A stretch of DNA of 64,000 bases from Octopus vulgaris (GCA_951406725.2 OX597829.1:30380001-30444000), one strand, 5' to 3'; shown: positions 1 to 12,734, counted from the first letter of the stretch. Notes: generated by a model not told the origin, from the letters alone. Numbers and translations are program-made.

Positions 1-77
1 TAGAACTAATTCAGTTGTCTTTAGATAAACGAAGCTGTTACGATTTGAAGCAACAAACTTTGTTGTGTAACTTTCTA

Positions 78-600
78 CAATAGGTACAAGACCAGCAATT
101 TTGAGTAAAGGTGTTAAGTTGATACTTTGATCTCAGAACTCGACTGGTGTTCTATTTTATTGATGACGACGCCCCCCACCTCTTCTTCCCCTGGAGTGAT
201 GAAAGGCAAAGTTGACCTTTGCAAGGTTTGAAACCAAAGCATAAAGAACTAGAAACTATTCTATATAATGCAGACAGTAGCGTCCTAAGAAAGCTCATAG
301 AGATTTGTAGATTATACATATATAATCTGATATTTCAGTCATATCAAGCTTTGTGGGTTATCACATGGGTCTTTGTTTTATAAATAATATATTTTTTTTT
401 ATAATTGGCAGAAGGCCAGTGATTTTTAGGGGGAAAAGTGGGTTAGTCAATCACATTGACCTCCCCAGTACTTGTACTTTATTTTATCAGTTCCAGAAAA
501 GATTAAAAGCAAAGTTAAACTCAGTGTATCCGCCAAAACGCTAGGCAGCATTTCTTCCGGTTCTTTATGTTGTAACGATTCTGCCAGTTCACCACCACTA
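78..600 (-). mobile_element. Two degraded copies of tRNA-derived SINE family M (about 78-260 and 403-600)
   Basis: Reverse-complement similarity to the well-preserved copy at 26688-26915 (gatgaaaggcaaagttgacc; gattctgccagttcaccacc). Confidence 0.6.
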
Positions 601-2083
601 TGACAACAATAATAATAATGATAATGATAATTTTATTTTTAAACTTGAGAACTTTGTAAGATTCTCTCTAACTAGACATATCATTTAATGTGTTGAATTC
701 AGCAACAGCTGTGTTCTTTGTAAGCATGGGTTTTATGTTAGCCCAACAGTTTTGCAAAAGAGTACCATAGTCATTAAGTAGAAGTCAGTGTTGTTAGCCA
801 ATGAAACATTTGCTAATTGTTTGACTGAGTAGTAAGGCTAACTTCAGCATTACAATAACAATATTGCTAAACACCTGAGTAATTAATTAGCTATTATTTA
901 TGGACAATTTTCTATATTTTATTACTAGTCCCTATGTTTTTTTTTAATTATACCGTTTTATTTTTATCTAGAACATTCCATTCTAATATATTCCACTATT
1001 GTACAGCTATTTTAATGAAGCTTTACAATTAATTCTAGAATGTTTTATATTTACATTAGAAAGATTATCTTACAAGGAAACAACTCAAAGGTAACAAAAA
1101 AGAAAAAAAAAATAATTGTAATTATATCTTGAATTATTATTTTCTATATGTATTGAGAATTTCTTTTTTTGAGATTTAATAAAGAACATGATGCCTAAGG
1201 AAAAATAATAAAAAAAATAATAAAAAATTATAAAACTTGGTTTTACACTAACTTGATACTTATTGTATCATTAAATAAAAGAGAAAGCAAAACTATGAAT
1301 TATACAGAGATTTGTAAACCTGTTGGATTATTGGGGCACCACTGCTGGTCTAATCTTGTATTGAGAAAATATACCTGTCTATTTTACAATATTTTTACCT
1401 TGTGGTTATTATTTACAGCTAAGTAAACTGGGACCAGGCCACTTGAAAATAAGGTGTTTTGGCCATGAACTGCTAGCCTTAGTAATTGGTAGTCTTGTAG
1501 CAGTTTCAGCCAGCTATAATCTTGAAAGTATTTAAGCTGGGCAGAGAGAGGGGTGGGGTGGTCACAGCATTAATGAATATTTTACGAATTTAGACGGTTA
1601 AAACTGTTTAGATATTAAAGGCATGTGAAAGGGTTTATTTTGCTAATTACTCAACAAATTGAAACAAAATTTCATTCGTCCCTCAAATTAATATTTCTCT
1701 ATAAACCAGGCTCGAAGCTTGCTGCCTCCTTTTAAAAGGAATTGGGAAGTTGTTGCATTTGATATTCCTCACAAGTATTTACTAGCATCATAGAAGAAGT
1801 AACTCCAAACAGGAGTTGAAGCTGGTTTTGTCTTTGATGGCCATGAGCTTTACTCTTCACTTTCCTGAGTAGGATGTGAGCTTCTGTGTAGCTGTCCAAC
1901 TTGATGGAAATAACCACCAAATTCCTTGTTCAAATCATTCTATACTGTATCATATTGAAAACAGGAAGGACAAAATTGAATAATGTAGTCCCAAATAGTA
2001 TCTGAAAATGAGATGGGATGGTCATGGTTGGACCATAGTTGATGGGTTGAACAACTGAATTTGATTTTGATGTTGCAGATTCT

Positions 2084-2310
2084 TCAACCCTTTAGCGTTT
2101 AAACTGACCGTATCCAACCAAAATATTCTATCCGTTTTATGGTCAAACTGGCCAGATCAAGCTGCTCGCAGTTACCCTACAAAGTCATTTTAAAAGTAAA
2201 CAATCATATCATTGAAATCTCAAAGCTATGAGATAATGCATGATTAATTCAAAGCAATATGAATAAATAAGTATTACATTTGACAGAACAACCTGAATGC
2301 TAAACAATTA
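2084..2310. mobile_element. Putative piggyBac-like MITE
   Basis: Begins tcaaccctttagcgttt and ends aatgctaaacaattaa; degenerate TTAA-CCCTTT termini like those at 23491 and 44347. Confidence 0.4.
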
Positions 2311-3144
2311 AGCAACAGCCACAAATCTGATGGGTGATAGTGTCTAACTTGTTTAGTGTTTAGCACTATGAAACTTGAGTTCTTGTCTCTTCACTCACTC
2401 ATCCTAGTTATGCTTTTGACATCACTATGTTGCTAACCACCCTCCTGGTCATGTCTTGAGTAAATATACCAAAGACTTAGTGAGTCTTACAGAGCAGAAA
2501 ACAATTCTCACAACAAATGCTTGTGCCATGATAAAAAGAAGAAGCATCTAGTACACTCTGTAAATGTGTTGATGAACGAGTTTGAGATGATGCAGAGTCA
2601 AGAGGACTCTTTGGTCTTATTTGGGGACGTCCCAACTTCAACACTGCTGGTACAGTAATAAAATGCATTCAGTACATTCTGCAAAGTGGTTGATGCTTAG
2701 AAAGGCGTCCAGCTGTAGAAACCATGCCAAAAAATTAAACATACAATAGAGACATGAATCTCTGACCTGTGACAACACCCAACCAATCCACGCCAACATG
2801 GAAAATAAATGTAAAATGATAATTGAAAAATGAGTGTTATTTTCACACAAGTCTGCCATTTGACCTGCCCATTTTGGATGTCTAAAACAGGCTGAATTAC
2901 TATGTATTATAAATGAAAGAGGGAAAAAAGAAAAAAGAAAAAAAAAAAAATGTAAATTGTGTTTTTATTCATTTCATACCTGAGCATGAATTAAATCTTT
3001 TTTCACGTCACACTCAATATTTTTTCACTTATCAATTTGATGAATGAATGTCTCGTTTGTGTGTGTGTGTGTTTCTTTGCCCATGTGCAAAACTCAGTAC
3101 ATTGTAATTGAGGCATCTCAGAAAACTTGGATGCAGTAAAATGT

Positions 3145-3530
3145 AGGCATGGCTTTGTGCTCGAGAGATTTGTCTTTTGACCACATGGTTTCAGATTCAG
3201 TCCAATTTGAGAAAATTGCCTTCTGTCATAGCTCTGGGTTTGCCAAAGTGTTGTGAGTGGATTTAGTAGACGAAAACCTGTCATCTGTATATGTATGTGT
3301 GGGTATGTATTTGTGTCTCTTTGTCTTGACATTGCACACTAGTTGTAAATGAATATCCCTGTCATAAAGTGGTGTCCTTTGTTTTCCTGTTGTCCATGAA
3401 GAAAACATGTCTGGCCATTGCAAAACTATAACTTGCTTGAAAAGAGGTGGATATTTGCAATGGCAGGGCATCCCGCCATAGAAAATCAGCCCCAACTGCC
3501 TGATCTATGCAAGCACAGAGAAGTGGACAT
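3145..3530 (+). mobile_element. Degraded CORE-like tRNA SINE (family O head with a variant tail)
   Basis: ggcatggct...ccacatggtttcagattcagtcc...gtgagtggatttagtagacgaaaacc matches the head of 59051-59441. Confidence 0.6.
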
Positions 3531-3759
3531 TAAAACAATTTTGATGAAGAGGATGAGTTTTATAACAAAGGCATATCACTTTGAGCCATGGTAGGTTTTA
3601 GTCTTGGTACAACTACTCGATTCAGTTCTTTTGGTTAAGTGGTACCTAACTTCCGGTACCCATTTACAAGTGGGTTGTGAACTGGACTATTTTGATACAT
3701 ATTGGAGCAAAGGCCGTAATAGTATTCTGCATGAAAATGAGGTTGGACCATGATCCCAT

Positions 3760-4025
3760 TGTTCTCAAATGTCTGGTCCACAAAATAAACAATCATTGCT
3801 GGATAGTTTAGCAGCAGCAGGACATTTACCAATCAATTTTGTTTGTTTATGTTGACACTCAGAAATTAGTCTTGTCAAACCCACTACATGGAAAACGTCA
3901 CACATCAACAACTTGATTGCAGACACTGGCTTCGAATGTATCCAGGATCTTGAGGCAGTGATGTTGGACCAAGAAGTGTGGCAAGTGGACTTTGTTGCTG
4001 TAGCCTGGGTTGGAACCAAGCCATA
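3760..4025 (+). mobile_element. RTE/RTEX-type LINE 3' coding remnant
   Basis: Translates LVLSNPLHGKR...HINNLIADTGFECIQDLEAVMLDQEVW, like the RTE-group C-terminus (P.HGKR...L..DTG....L...M.DR..W). Confidence 0.5.
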
Positions 4026-4631
4026 TGAAAAAATAAATAGAACAGCCCCTTCTCATGCTGGTAACATAATGTACTATTTATATGTCATGTATATAATGTG
4101 TATATACAGAAAAAGGGGTGAGGATATACACATATAATCATTGTTTTAATGTCCACTTTTCCCTTATCTGTTTCCAAGTAAGATAATATTTACCCCATGG
4201 TCAGACATGCTTTCATGCAAGATCAGAAATGAAGAACACTACTTGCATGATTGTGGCACTTGCTTACAACTATCAGCAATAACAAGGCTAGGAAGAGCAT
4301 CCAGCTGTAAAAATCCTGTCAAAACAGTTACAAAAGTCTGGTGGAGGCTCCTGCCTGGCCAGCTCATGGCAAACCATCCCACCCATGCCAGCATGGAAGG
4401 TGGACGTTAAATGATTATGATGATGATGACACCCAGATACAACAAGTTTCATTTTCCATCAACTAAATCCACTTGCAAGGTTTTGGCTAGCTCGGAGCTG
4501 TGGTAGAAGACACTTGCCCAAAGTACCAGAAACCATGTGGATGGGGAGCAACCTTTTTACCACAAAGTCACACTTGCAACTATTATACACACAAACACAA
4601 AGCATATGGGTGTATATATATATATATATAT

Positions 4632-5266
4632 CGGTGGCACATAAAAAGCACCATCCGAACGTGACCGATGCCAACCCCGCCTCGAATGGCTTCTGTGCCG
4701 GTGGCACATAAAAAGCACCATCCGAACGTGGCCGATGCCAGCACTGCCTCGACTGGCTTCTGTGCCGGTGGCACATAAAAAGCACCAACCGATCGTAGGA
4801 TCCTGGAACATCTCGCTGTGCTTGAGGAGACCTGTTGAGTCAAGTACATGTACATGAACATCGAACCAAATATCAATGGAAACAGTAGTTGTGACACATA
4901 AAAAGCACCATCTGAACGTGGCCGTTGCCAGTGCAGCCTCAACTGGCTTCTGTGCCGGTGGCACATAAAAAGCACCATCCGAACGTGGCTGATGCCAGCA
5001 CCGCCTCGACTGGCTTCTGGGCCGGTGGCACATAAAAAGCACCAACCGATCGTGGCCGATGCCAGACCCCTCTGGCACCTGTGCAGATGGCACGTAAAAA
5101 GCACCTACTACACTCGTGGAGTGGTTGGCGTTAGGAAGGGCATCCAGCTGTAGAAACACTGCCAGATCAGACTGGAGCCTGGAGCAGCCCCTGGCTCCCC
5201 AGACCCCGGTCGAACCGTCCAACCCGTGCTAGCGCGGAAAACGGACATCAAACGATGATGATGATG
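4632..5266 (+). mobile_element. RTE LINE 3'UTR-derived repeat with an internal ~60-bp tandem array and (GAT)n tail
   Basis: Repeated gccggtggcacataaaaagcacc units, then gtggttggcgttaggaagggcatccagctgtagaaac and (gat)n; the same tail follows the RTE ORF end at 7612 and 45390. Confidence 0.8.
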
Positions 5267-5639
5267 ATATATGTGTATTTATATTTATTATATGCGTGTG
5301 TGTCTCTTTGCACTTCCACTACCACTTGACAACCAGTGTTGTGCTTACATTCCTGTAGTTTTGTGGTTTAGCAAAAGAGACCAATAGAATAAGTTCTAGG
5401 CTTAAAAACACATTCCTGAGGTCGATTTGTTTGACTAAAACCCTTCAAGATTGTGCTCCACCATGGCCACAGTCAAATGACTGAAACAAAAGAGTAAAAG
5501 TGTAAAAGAATATATATGAGTGTATTTATATATATCTATATGTCTGTTTGTCTATATATATATTACACTCTTTATGGTATTACACACACACATGTATATA
5601 TCATAAAGAGTGTGTTATGCCACTTTTTTGCTTTTGCGT

Positions 5640-5990
5640 GTTGCTCTTGAGGGCTCAATATGACCCCACAGATTATCTCATGTATATCAAAAGTTTGCTG
5701 AAGAATGCAATATTCAAATATCCTAGATACAGACTGAGTGGCCGAGAAGTTTGTTTCAAAGTCCCGAGTTTTTGACTCTGACGCCACTTCACACATAGAA
5801 GTCCATAGAGGTCCATCTAATGGAATGGATGGTGACTATATTTCAAAGACATTGCTTAAATGACATACATTAAGAGTACAAACGCTTGTTGAATGCTTGG
5901 CCGCTTCACACAGTTCGTAATTCAATGAGTGGATAGTCCAGTTGGTTGAACAACTGGAGTACGCCCACTCAAAACCAAAGAATAAGTCAT
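5640..5990 (+). mobile_element. Possible decayed Penelope 3' end with HHR-like hairpin
   Basis: Weak GIY-YIG C-terminal-like peptide (RLS..AEKFVSK), then TCAATGA-gtgg...tccagttg/caactgga...ccactc-AAAA at about 5922-5974. Confidence 0.3.
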
Positions 5991-6043
5991 TTAGTATTCT
6001 TACTTTCATTCATGCATACATACATGCATACATACATAGGTAC

Positions 6044-6088
<45 letters not shown>

Positions 6089-6255
6089 CAGACAGACACA
6101 TTATATACACACATGTATGTTGATGGGTATGTGTTCATTTGTTTGTGTGTGTGTATATATATATTTATGTGTTAGTGCATAAATACATATGTATTTGGTT
6201 GAGGAAAACTGAAAGAAGCCTGTCATCTGTATTTGTGTTGTTGACAGTGACTTTG

Positions 6256-6371
6256 AAGTTTCAGCCAGTTAAACCATCATCAGCCATTAATTCAAAGTCT
6301 CTGTCAGCAGCATAAGTTTCAGCCAGTTAAACCATCATCAGCCATTAATTCAAAGTCTCTGTCAGCAGCAT
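6256..6371. repeat. Exact 58-bp tandem duplication containing HHR-like core boxes on the minus strand
   Basis: Units 6256-6313 and 6314-6371; each reads CTGATGA-tggtttaactggct-GAAAC on the minus strand. Confidence 0.85.
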
Positions 6372-6390
6372 TCTTATTTAAGAATATTAG

Positions 6391-6690
6391 ATTTTATTGT
6401 GTCTGGGGAGAGTCATTTTCTTTTTGTGCTTTATAATGTAAAACACTCACCGGTAAAATTTCCAAATTTCCGCTTATTTCTTATTTTTATTTTCCTAAAA
6501 TTTTCATTGCGTCTTGCAACCTTTTCAAAAGTCTTGACTCTTTTTCAATAGTCAAGACTATTGAAAAGGTTGCAAGACGTAACGAAAATATTAGGAAAAT
6601 AAAAATAAGAAAAAAGTGGAAATTTCACCATTGAGTGTGTTAAATTATAAGGCACAAAAAGAAAATGACTCTCCCCAAACACAACAGAAT
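6391..6690. mobile_element. ~300-bp palindromic element (inverted Penelope-like terminal repeat), family A
   Basis: Arms ttgtgtctggggagagtcattttc... and ...gaaaatgactctccccaaacacaa are reverse complements around a centre near 6540-6549. Confidence 0.85.
6556..6595 (+). ncRNA. Minimal type I hammerhead-like motif (U3-A8 variant); mirror copy at 6494-6531 on the minus strand
   Basis: cta-TTGAAAA-g-gttgc aagac gtaac-GAAA-atat-tag; the other arm gives stem II gttgc/gcaat and self-complementary stem III AAATTT. Confidence 0.6.
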
Positions 6691-7611
6691 ATGCTTCAAC
6701 ACACGAACTCATATAAAGAATCTTGCAAACCAGATCCAAAAAAGAAAAAATAATAGATTTGTATTCTACAAAAGTATAGAGTAACCCGTCAGATTAATGT
6801 AAAGTTGTTTTTATTATAACAACATAAAAACTAACATTTACATATATATATATATTATGGCTGCCCCCTTGTTATCGAGTATGGCCATTGCCATATATAC
6901 ACACACACACACACACACAATACATTTGACCTTCTAGTTATGGCTATGCTGTACAACTACATACATGCAAATGTATGTGTATGTGAAGAGATACACACAC
7001 ACATGGTCATGAAAAATGACTGTAATTTAAAATTTTCAAACTTTAATTCTATATCAGAAGGAATTAATCTGTAGAGCACATTAAGAAATCCTAAGGCATT
7101 TATTTTTAATGTAATCAATAACAAAAAAATAGAATAATCAATAATTACTTCAACCTTACTTTATCAGCACATATAAAGACTTATGTTTATTGAACTAAGC
7201 CGTGTTCTATAGATGACATATTAATTAAAAAACAAAAACAAAAAATAATAATAATAATAATAATTACTTCAATTTTATTTTATGGACAATTTAAAGCATG
7301 GTGTGGAATAACTAATATTATATCCAGAATATAACTGAAGAATTAGTTGCGAAGTTATTTCTAGAACTTCATCATCATTTAGTGCCCTCCTATGATGACA
7401 TGGGTTGGACAATCATCAGTTTCATATATAGAAGGCACAGATAATATAGAGTAGTGTTCAAATGAATTTGGACATAGATTTTGATATTTTCACCCAAAGA
7501 AAGGCCAACACAACTGTGAGTGGCTTTAAGAGAAATTGAAATCGACCTTTTATTTAATAAATGAATCAAACCTAACAGGTTTGATTCTTATTTTTACATA
7601 TTCATGTGTGT

Positions 7612-8256
7612 GTATGACCGAGACCTTTGGAAATATGCTGTGCTTGAGAAGACCCGGCAAGCCAAGTGAAACCATAACCATGGCCTATGCCAGGGGTGTA
7701 ACCAGCCCACTTATGCATACCTTTCCTTCATTGGACACTGAACTCTGTTTGCGAAGACCTGTTGAGGCAAGTGAAATCAAAATCAAATCAAATTTGCAAA
7801 GTCGATGACTGGCACCCGTGCCAGTGAAGCACCATCCAAGGGTGATCGCTGCTAGAGCAGCTGACTGGCTTCCATGCCGGTGACACGTAAAAAGCACCTT
7901 CAAACATGATTGTTACCAGCGTTGCCTTATTGGCACTTGTGCCGGTGGCATGTGAAAAACATTCAAGCGAGGTCGTTGCCAGTGCCGCTGAAGTGGCTCC
8001 TGTGCAGGTGGCATGTAAAAAATACCACTTGAGTGTGGCCATTACCTGTATAGCCTAACTGGCTCTTGTGCCGGTGGCATGTAAAAGCACCCACTACACT
8101 CTCAGAGTGGTTGGTGTTAGGAAGAACATCCAGCTGTAGAAACTCTGCCAGATCAGATTGGAGCCTGGTGCAGCCATCTGGTTCACCAGTCTTCAGTCAA
8201 ATCATCCAACCCATGCTAGCATGGAAAGCGAACATTAAACAATGATGATGAGGAGG
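7612..8256 (+). mobile_element. RTE LINE 3' end (last codons plus 3'UTR with tandem units and (GAT)n tail)
   Basis: DRDLWKYAVLEKTRQAK* matches the C-terminus of the RTE at 45390-46275, followed by the shared tail. Confidence 0.8.
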
Positions 8257-9168
8257 ATGTGATATATATAATGTAATATCTTGCTTTCCTGTAATTTTAT
8301 GTATCAAGCCAAACTGTGCTTGTCTACCTTACTACCATTCTCTCACTCTCTCTCCCTCTGTGTGTGTGTGTAGTAAAAGCACCCATGCCAGTGATGCGTA
8401 AAAGACAGCCATGCCATTCACATAAAAAGCACCCAAGTACATTCTGTAAAGTAGTTAGCGTTGGGCAAGGGCATCCAGCCATAGAAACCAAATCAAAACA
8501 AGTGACTGGAGCTTGGTATAGCTCTCCAGCTTACCAGTTCCAATCAAATCATCTAACTTATGCCAGCATGGAAAAAATTATAACACACACACACACACAC
8601 ACATGACAGGTTTCCACTCAGTTTCTATCCACCAACTCCACTCACAAGGCAGTAGCCAGCCCAGGACTATAATAGAAGATAGTTTACACAAGGTTCTGCA
8701 CAATAGGATGGAACTGGAAACCATGTATTTGCAAAATGAGCTACTTGACCATACAGCCATGCCTATTTCCAAGTCAGTTACAGAGTCAGGCCACCTGTTG
8801 CTTTGTTTTATAATGCTATATGAAGGTGATGGTTAAGTAGTCTGATCTTTAACCATGTAGTTTCATGTTCAGTCCTACTGTATGGCACCTTGGCTAAGTA
8901 ATTTTTACTACAGCTCTGAGCAGACCAATATATTGTAAGGAAATTTAGTATACAGAAATTACGGGATGCATATCACAGATGTGTGTGTGTGTATTTATGT
9001 ATGCAAATATCTATATATGTATATATGATGGACTTCTTTCAGTTTCCATCTACCAAATCCACTCACAAGGCTTTGGTTGGCCAGAGGCTATAGTAGAATA
9101 CACTTGTCCAAGGTGCCACACAGTGGGACTGAACCCAGAACTTCTTAGCACACTGCTATGCCTACACC

Positions 9169-9171
<3 letters not shown>

Positions 9172-9205
<34 letters not shown>

Positions 9206-9227
9206 ACAGATAGATAGATAGATAGAC

Positions 9228-9258
<31 letters not shown>

Positions 9259-9289
9259 GAGAGATATAGATTCTGCCAGATTGCCACCT

Positions 9290-9364
<75 letters not shown>

Positions 9365-9403
9365 TAATAATCATAATAATAATATTAATAATAATAATAA
9401 TAA
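9172..9403. repeat. Compound microsatellite (CA)n-(GATA)n-(TAC)n-(TAA)n
   Basis: Directly visible. Confidence 0.95.
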
Positions 9404-9700
9404 ACTCTTACTCATTAGGGGTTAGTGTCTTCTGGCTTAAAATTAGAGACAGAAAGGTTTATCATAACAGCCCAGGATCAATGCCTACCTACAAGAAGCT
9501 ACCAGGCCAACATCTTAAAGAACGGCAGTTGCCCAACATATCATGTATGTAAACTACAGGCAGAAATCATCGATCATATTGTCTCTATGTGCATTCTTCT
9601 TGCACCTACAGAGTATCTCAGTAGGCATGATAGAGTGGCACAGTATATTCACCAGGTAATTTACAAGGAACTGGACCTGCCCCATGATAGAAACAGTGAG
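9404..9700 (+). mobile_element. R4/Dong-clade non-LTR retrotransposon fragment (post-RT CCHC and RHD region)
   Basis: LKLETERFIITAQDQCLPTRSYQANILK...C...EIIDHIVSMCILLAPTEYLSRHDRVAQYIH; abuts (TAA)n. Confidence 0.8.
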
Positions 9701-10339
9701 GTGAAGGTTACACAATTAATTGTGAAGGAAAATCAGGCATGAAAAACAGAAGAATATAAAATGATATGAAATGAAGTATTCCAATAAGGAGATGCAACTA
9801 GGGACAGTGAAATAATAGATCCAAGATTACCTTACTATCAAGGTTAAATAGCTTCTCTCATCTGTGATGTGTTTGCCCTCACCCCTTTCACTCTTGTCCA
9901 CTATATAATCTTTCTCACTATGGCAACCAAATGGAAGAAAACTGTTGTTCTTGCTGACCAAGTATAGGAAAACTGTTGCCCTTGATGATCAATACAAGAT
10001 AATAGAGTGGTGTTTATAATGGATTTGACCAATAACTAGATCCATCCTACACATAACAAAAGCAGTTCATATAATTTTGCAAGTCAACAATGCTCAGACA
10101 CTGAACGAATGCAAGCAGAAGAGTTTCATTGCTCTTCATGCAGTTTCAACTGTAGATTTTATCTAGAAATGGCAATACCTCTTAGTAGCATTACCAGACC
10201 AAGGATTTCTGGAAGTTGTCCAGGGAACCAGACTTGAAAGTCCTCTGAAAGAACTTCAGCTAATTTTTGCCGACACTCAAAATCATTCTGACAATATTGT
10301 CACTAACAATGGGTGATTATTGAAAGCACAGAGCTAAGA

Positions 10340-11410
10340 GAAGGACAATAAAGGTTTGCTTTGTTTGACATAGTTATGAGGAAGATTTAGGCGATCCAAA
10401 AACGGGAATCTCTGACAGGCAGTCATGAAGCCATATGGTAGTTAGTGATGTAACCGCATCAGTTATGAATTGGCAAGCGTAGACTTTTGATTTCATCTCA
10501 GTATTTTTGCAGGGCTATATTTTGAAGAGAAAAAATTTCCTGAAGCTATATTCTGATTCAGGTATAAAGTCATCGTTGTGGAAGATGAAGAGATGCATTT
10601 GTGGATCGCTCATGGTATAAGAAGGTCATTCAAATGCTGATCCAATCTGGAGAAGTAGTGGGTATCTATGACAATGCTTTATTTATCTGGAATGGTTTGA
10701 ACAGTAAGCTGGTGGATATTCTAGTGATGCATGTGAATGATTTTGTATTCTGTGAAAATGAATTTTTTTGGAATATGAGATTACAGTAGTGAAAAAGAAA
10801 TTTGAAGTAGGAACTCATGAGAGTGGAACATTCAAGTATTTAAGACTGAATGTTAATTAGTCCAAGAGTAGAATTACTATAGTTCAAGATATATAATATC
10901 ATTCTTATCTCTGTTAGAAATAAATAAAGGAAGTTTACTTAGAAATATAAGGATTTAAGTGAAGATGAGAAATCTCAATTAAAAAGACTCACAGGTCAGA
11001 TGGTGTGAGTATCTACACAGACTCATACAAACAAATTGTTTGATTTTTGTAGAATAAGCAACACTGGAAAATGTCTCTAAGTAAGAATGCTACTTGAAGC
11101 TAATAAAGCATTAATCAAAATTGAAACCCCTAGATAGGTTCCATATCATTTCTAAAGTTGGATAAACCTTCAGATGCCACTTATGTTAATCTCAAAATTG
11201 GATCTTCACAGACGAGTTTTAACATATTAGTTGGAAATAACATGAGCAAAAAAACTCCAATATGGTAGTCTTAAAAAAACAAACAAAATGTCTCAGAAAT
11301 TCTTTCTTTCTGTAAAGCTTCTTTCAAATACGAGATATTCCAGCTGCCAAGATTACTGAAGTGCTCTCAAAAATTGACAATCTATCATTTATAGAAACCT
11401 TAAATTAATC
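10340..11410 (+). mobile_element. Degenerate Ty1/copia (GalEa-like) RT-RNase H relic
   Basis: FDFISVFLQG, LWKMKRCICG..SWYKKV, DNALFIW, VMHVNDF (HVDD), FKYL, QLKRLTGQM, SDATYVNL..GSSQ across frameshifts and stops. Confidence 0.7.
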
Positions 11411-11930
11411 TTTTAAGCGATTGCTATTCAAAAGCACAAACACTCTTGCCTGGTCAGATAGAAATTGTTACAAAGCAGGATGATTGGTGACGAAAAATAA
11501 CAGAGATGGTATTTCTGTTCACCATATTTGCCTAACTTTTAAAAGATAGCCCTATTTATGCAAAAAAAAAAAAAAAAAAATCACAGCCTCTTGCTAGTTT
11601 CTATCCAGTTGAAGCCTTGACTCAAATCTAACATCAAACATTGTAATAAGACTTTCAGTCTAATGATGAATGATGTTGGCCAATATAGATTTGCTTCTAC
11701 CAGTGTTAAGCCTATCGATTTATGTTCCTGTTAGCACCTCATATTCCTTTAGACCAGTGCTAGTGACCTCTACTTTCCATTCTTTTACTCACTTCCCTAA
11801 CAATGTTAGGTTGACTTTGCCTTTCCCCCTTTTGGGGTCAATAAATTAAGTACCAGTTGAGTACTGGGGTTGATCTAATCAACTTAAACCCTCTCCACAA
11901 ATTTCAGGCCTTGTGCCTGTAGTAGAAAAG

Positions 11931-11983
<53 letters not shown>

Positions 11984-11999
11984 CATTATTATTATTATT

Positions 12000-12479
12000 G
12001 AGTGACAAAGCAGTCCATTCCATCAAAGTGACACTAGGACAAATTTACGAAGCCAAGTATACCAATCATGATTACCTGTCTAATAAGGCTACACCAGGCA
12101 CATGCATCACAACCATATGTTCGTGACATGGTGATCGCATATCAAGATAAACAGCACATGACATTGCTGGTGGGGCCCAGTTATAATTTTCTTCAGGTCA
12201 AGTAGCCCATCCCCCTTGAAAGGTCCCTGAATAAGGGTTGTTTAAGGATGTTGAATGAAACACCCATGTTTCATGAGGTGAATTATTCAAACCCCAAAGA
12301 ATTCCTTTCAACACACAGCTATCATGCTCCCCCACTACTTCTGCTCATGCATGATCAGAGATGCACACATCGTCAGCCACTCAACTGGTTAAAGTCAAAC
12401 AACTGACAAACAAAGATGTGGTATTGAGAAGAATATTTGTTGTAGCCCATCATTTATACCAAGACAAAGCAATGTACAT
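12000..12479. mobile_element. Non-coding ~550-bp repeat family X, truncated copy 1, adjoining (ATT)n
   Basis: Collinear with 46458-47011; reverse complement of 13116-13595. Confidence 0.85.
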
Positions 12480-12612
12480 TATTTATATTTGACGGATATT
12501 TGTCCTCATTTTGTTTGTTGTTAACACAACATTTTGGCTGATATACCCTCCAACCTTCATCAGGTGTCTTGGGGAAATTTCGAACCTGGGTTCTCATTCC
12601 TAAGGTATTTTT

Positions 12613-12676
<64 letters not shown>

Positions 12677-12703
12677 GCTGCTGCTGCTGCTGCTGCTGTT
12701 CTT

Positions 12704-12734
<31 letters not shown>

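Noticed and set aside
1445-1545. Minus-strand stem-plus-GAAA motifs (similar case at 35435-35490)
   Set aside because: First core box unrecognisable; too degenerate to support
4632-5110. CRISPR-like periodic repeat
   Set aside because: Spacers are near-identical, there are no cas genes, and the context is a eukaryotic retroelement tail
4459-5222. Overlapping 109-221 aa ORFs with repeated peptides
   Set aside because: Translations of the tandem array in an RTE 3'UTR
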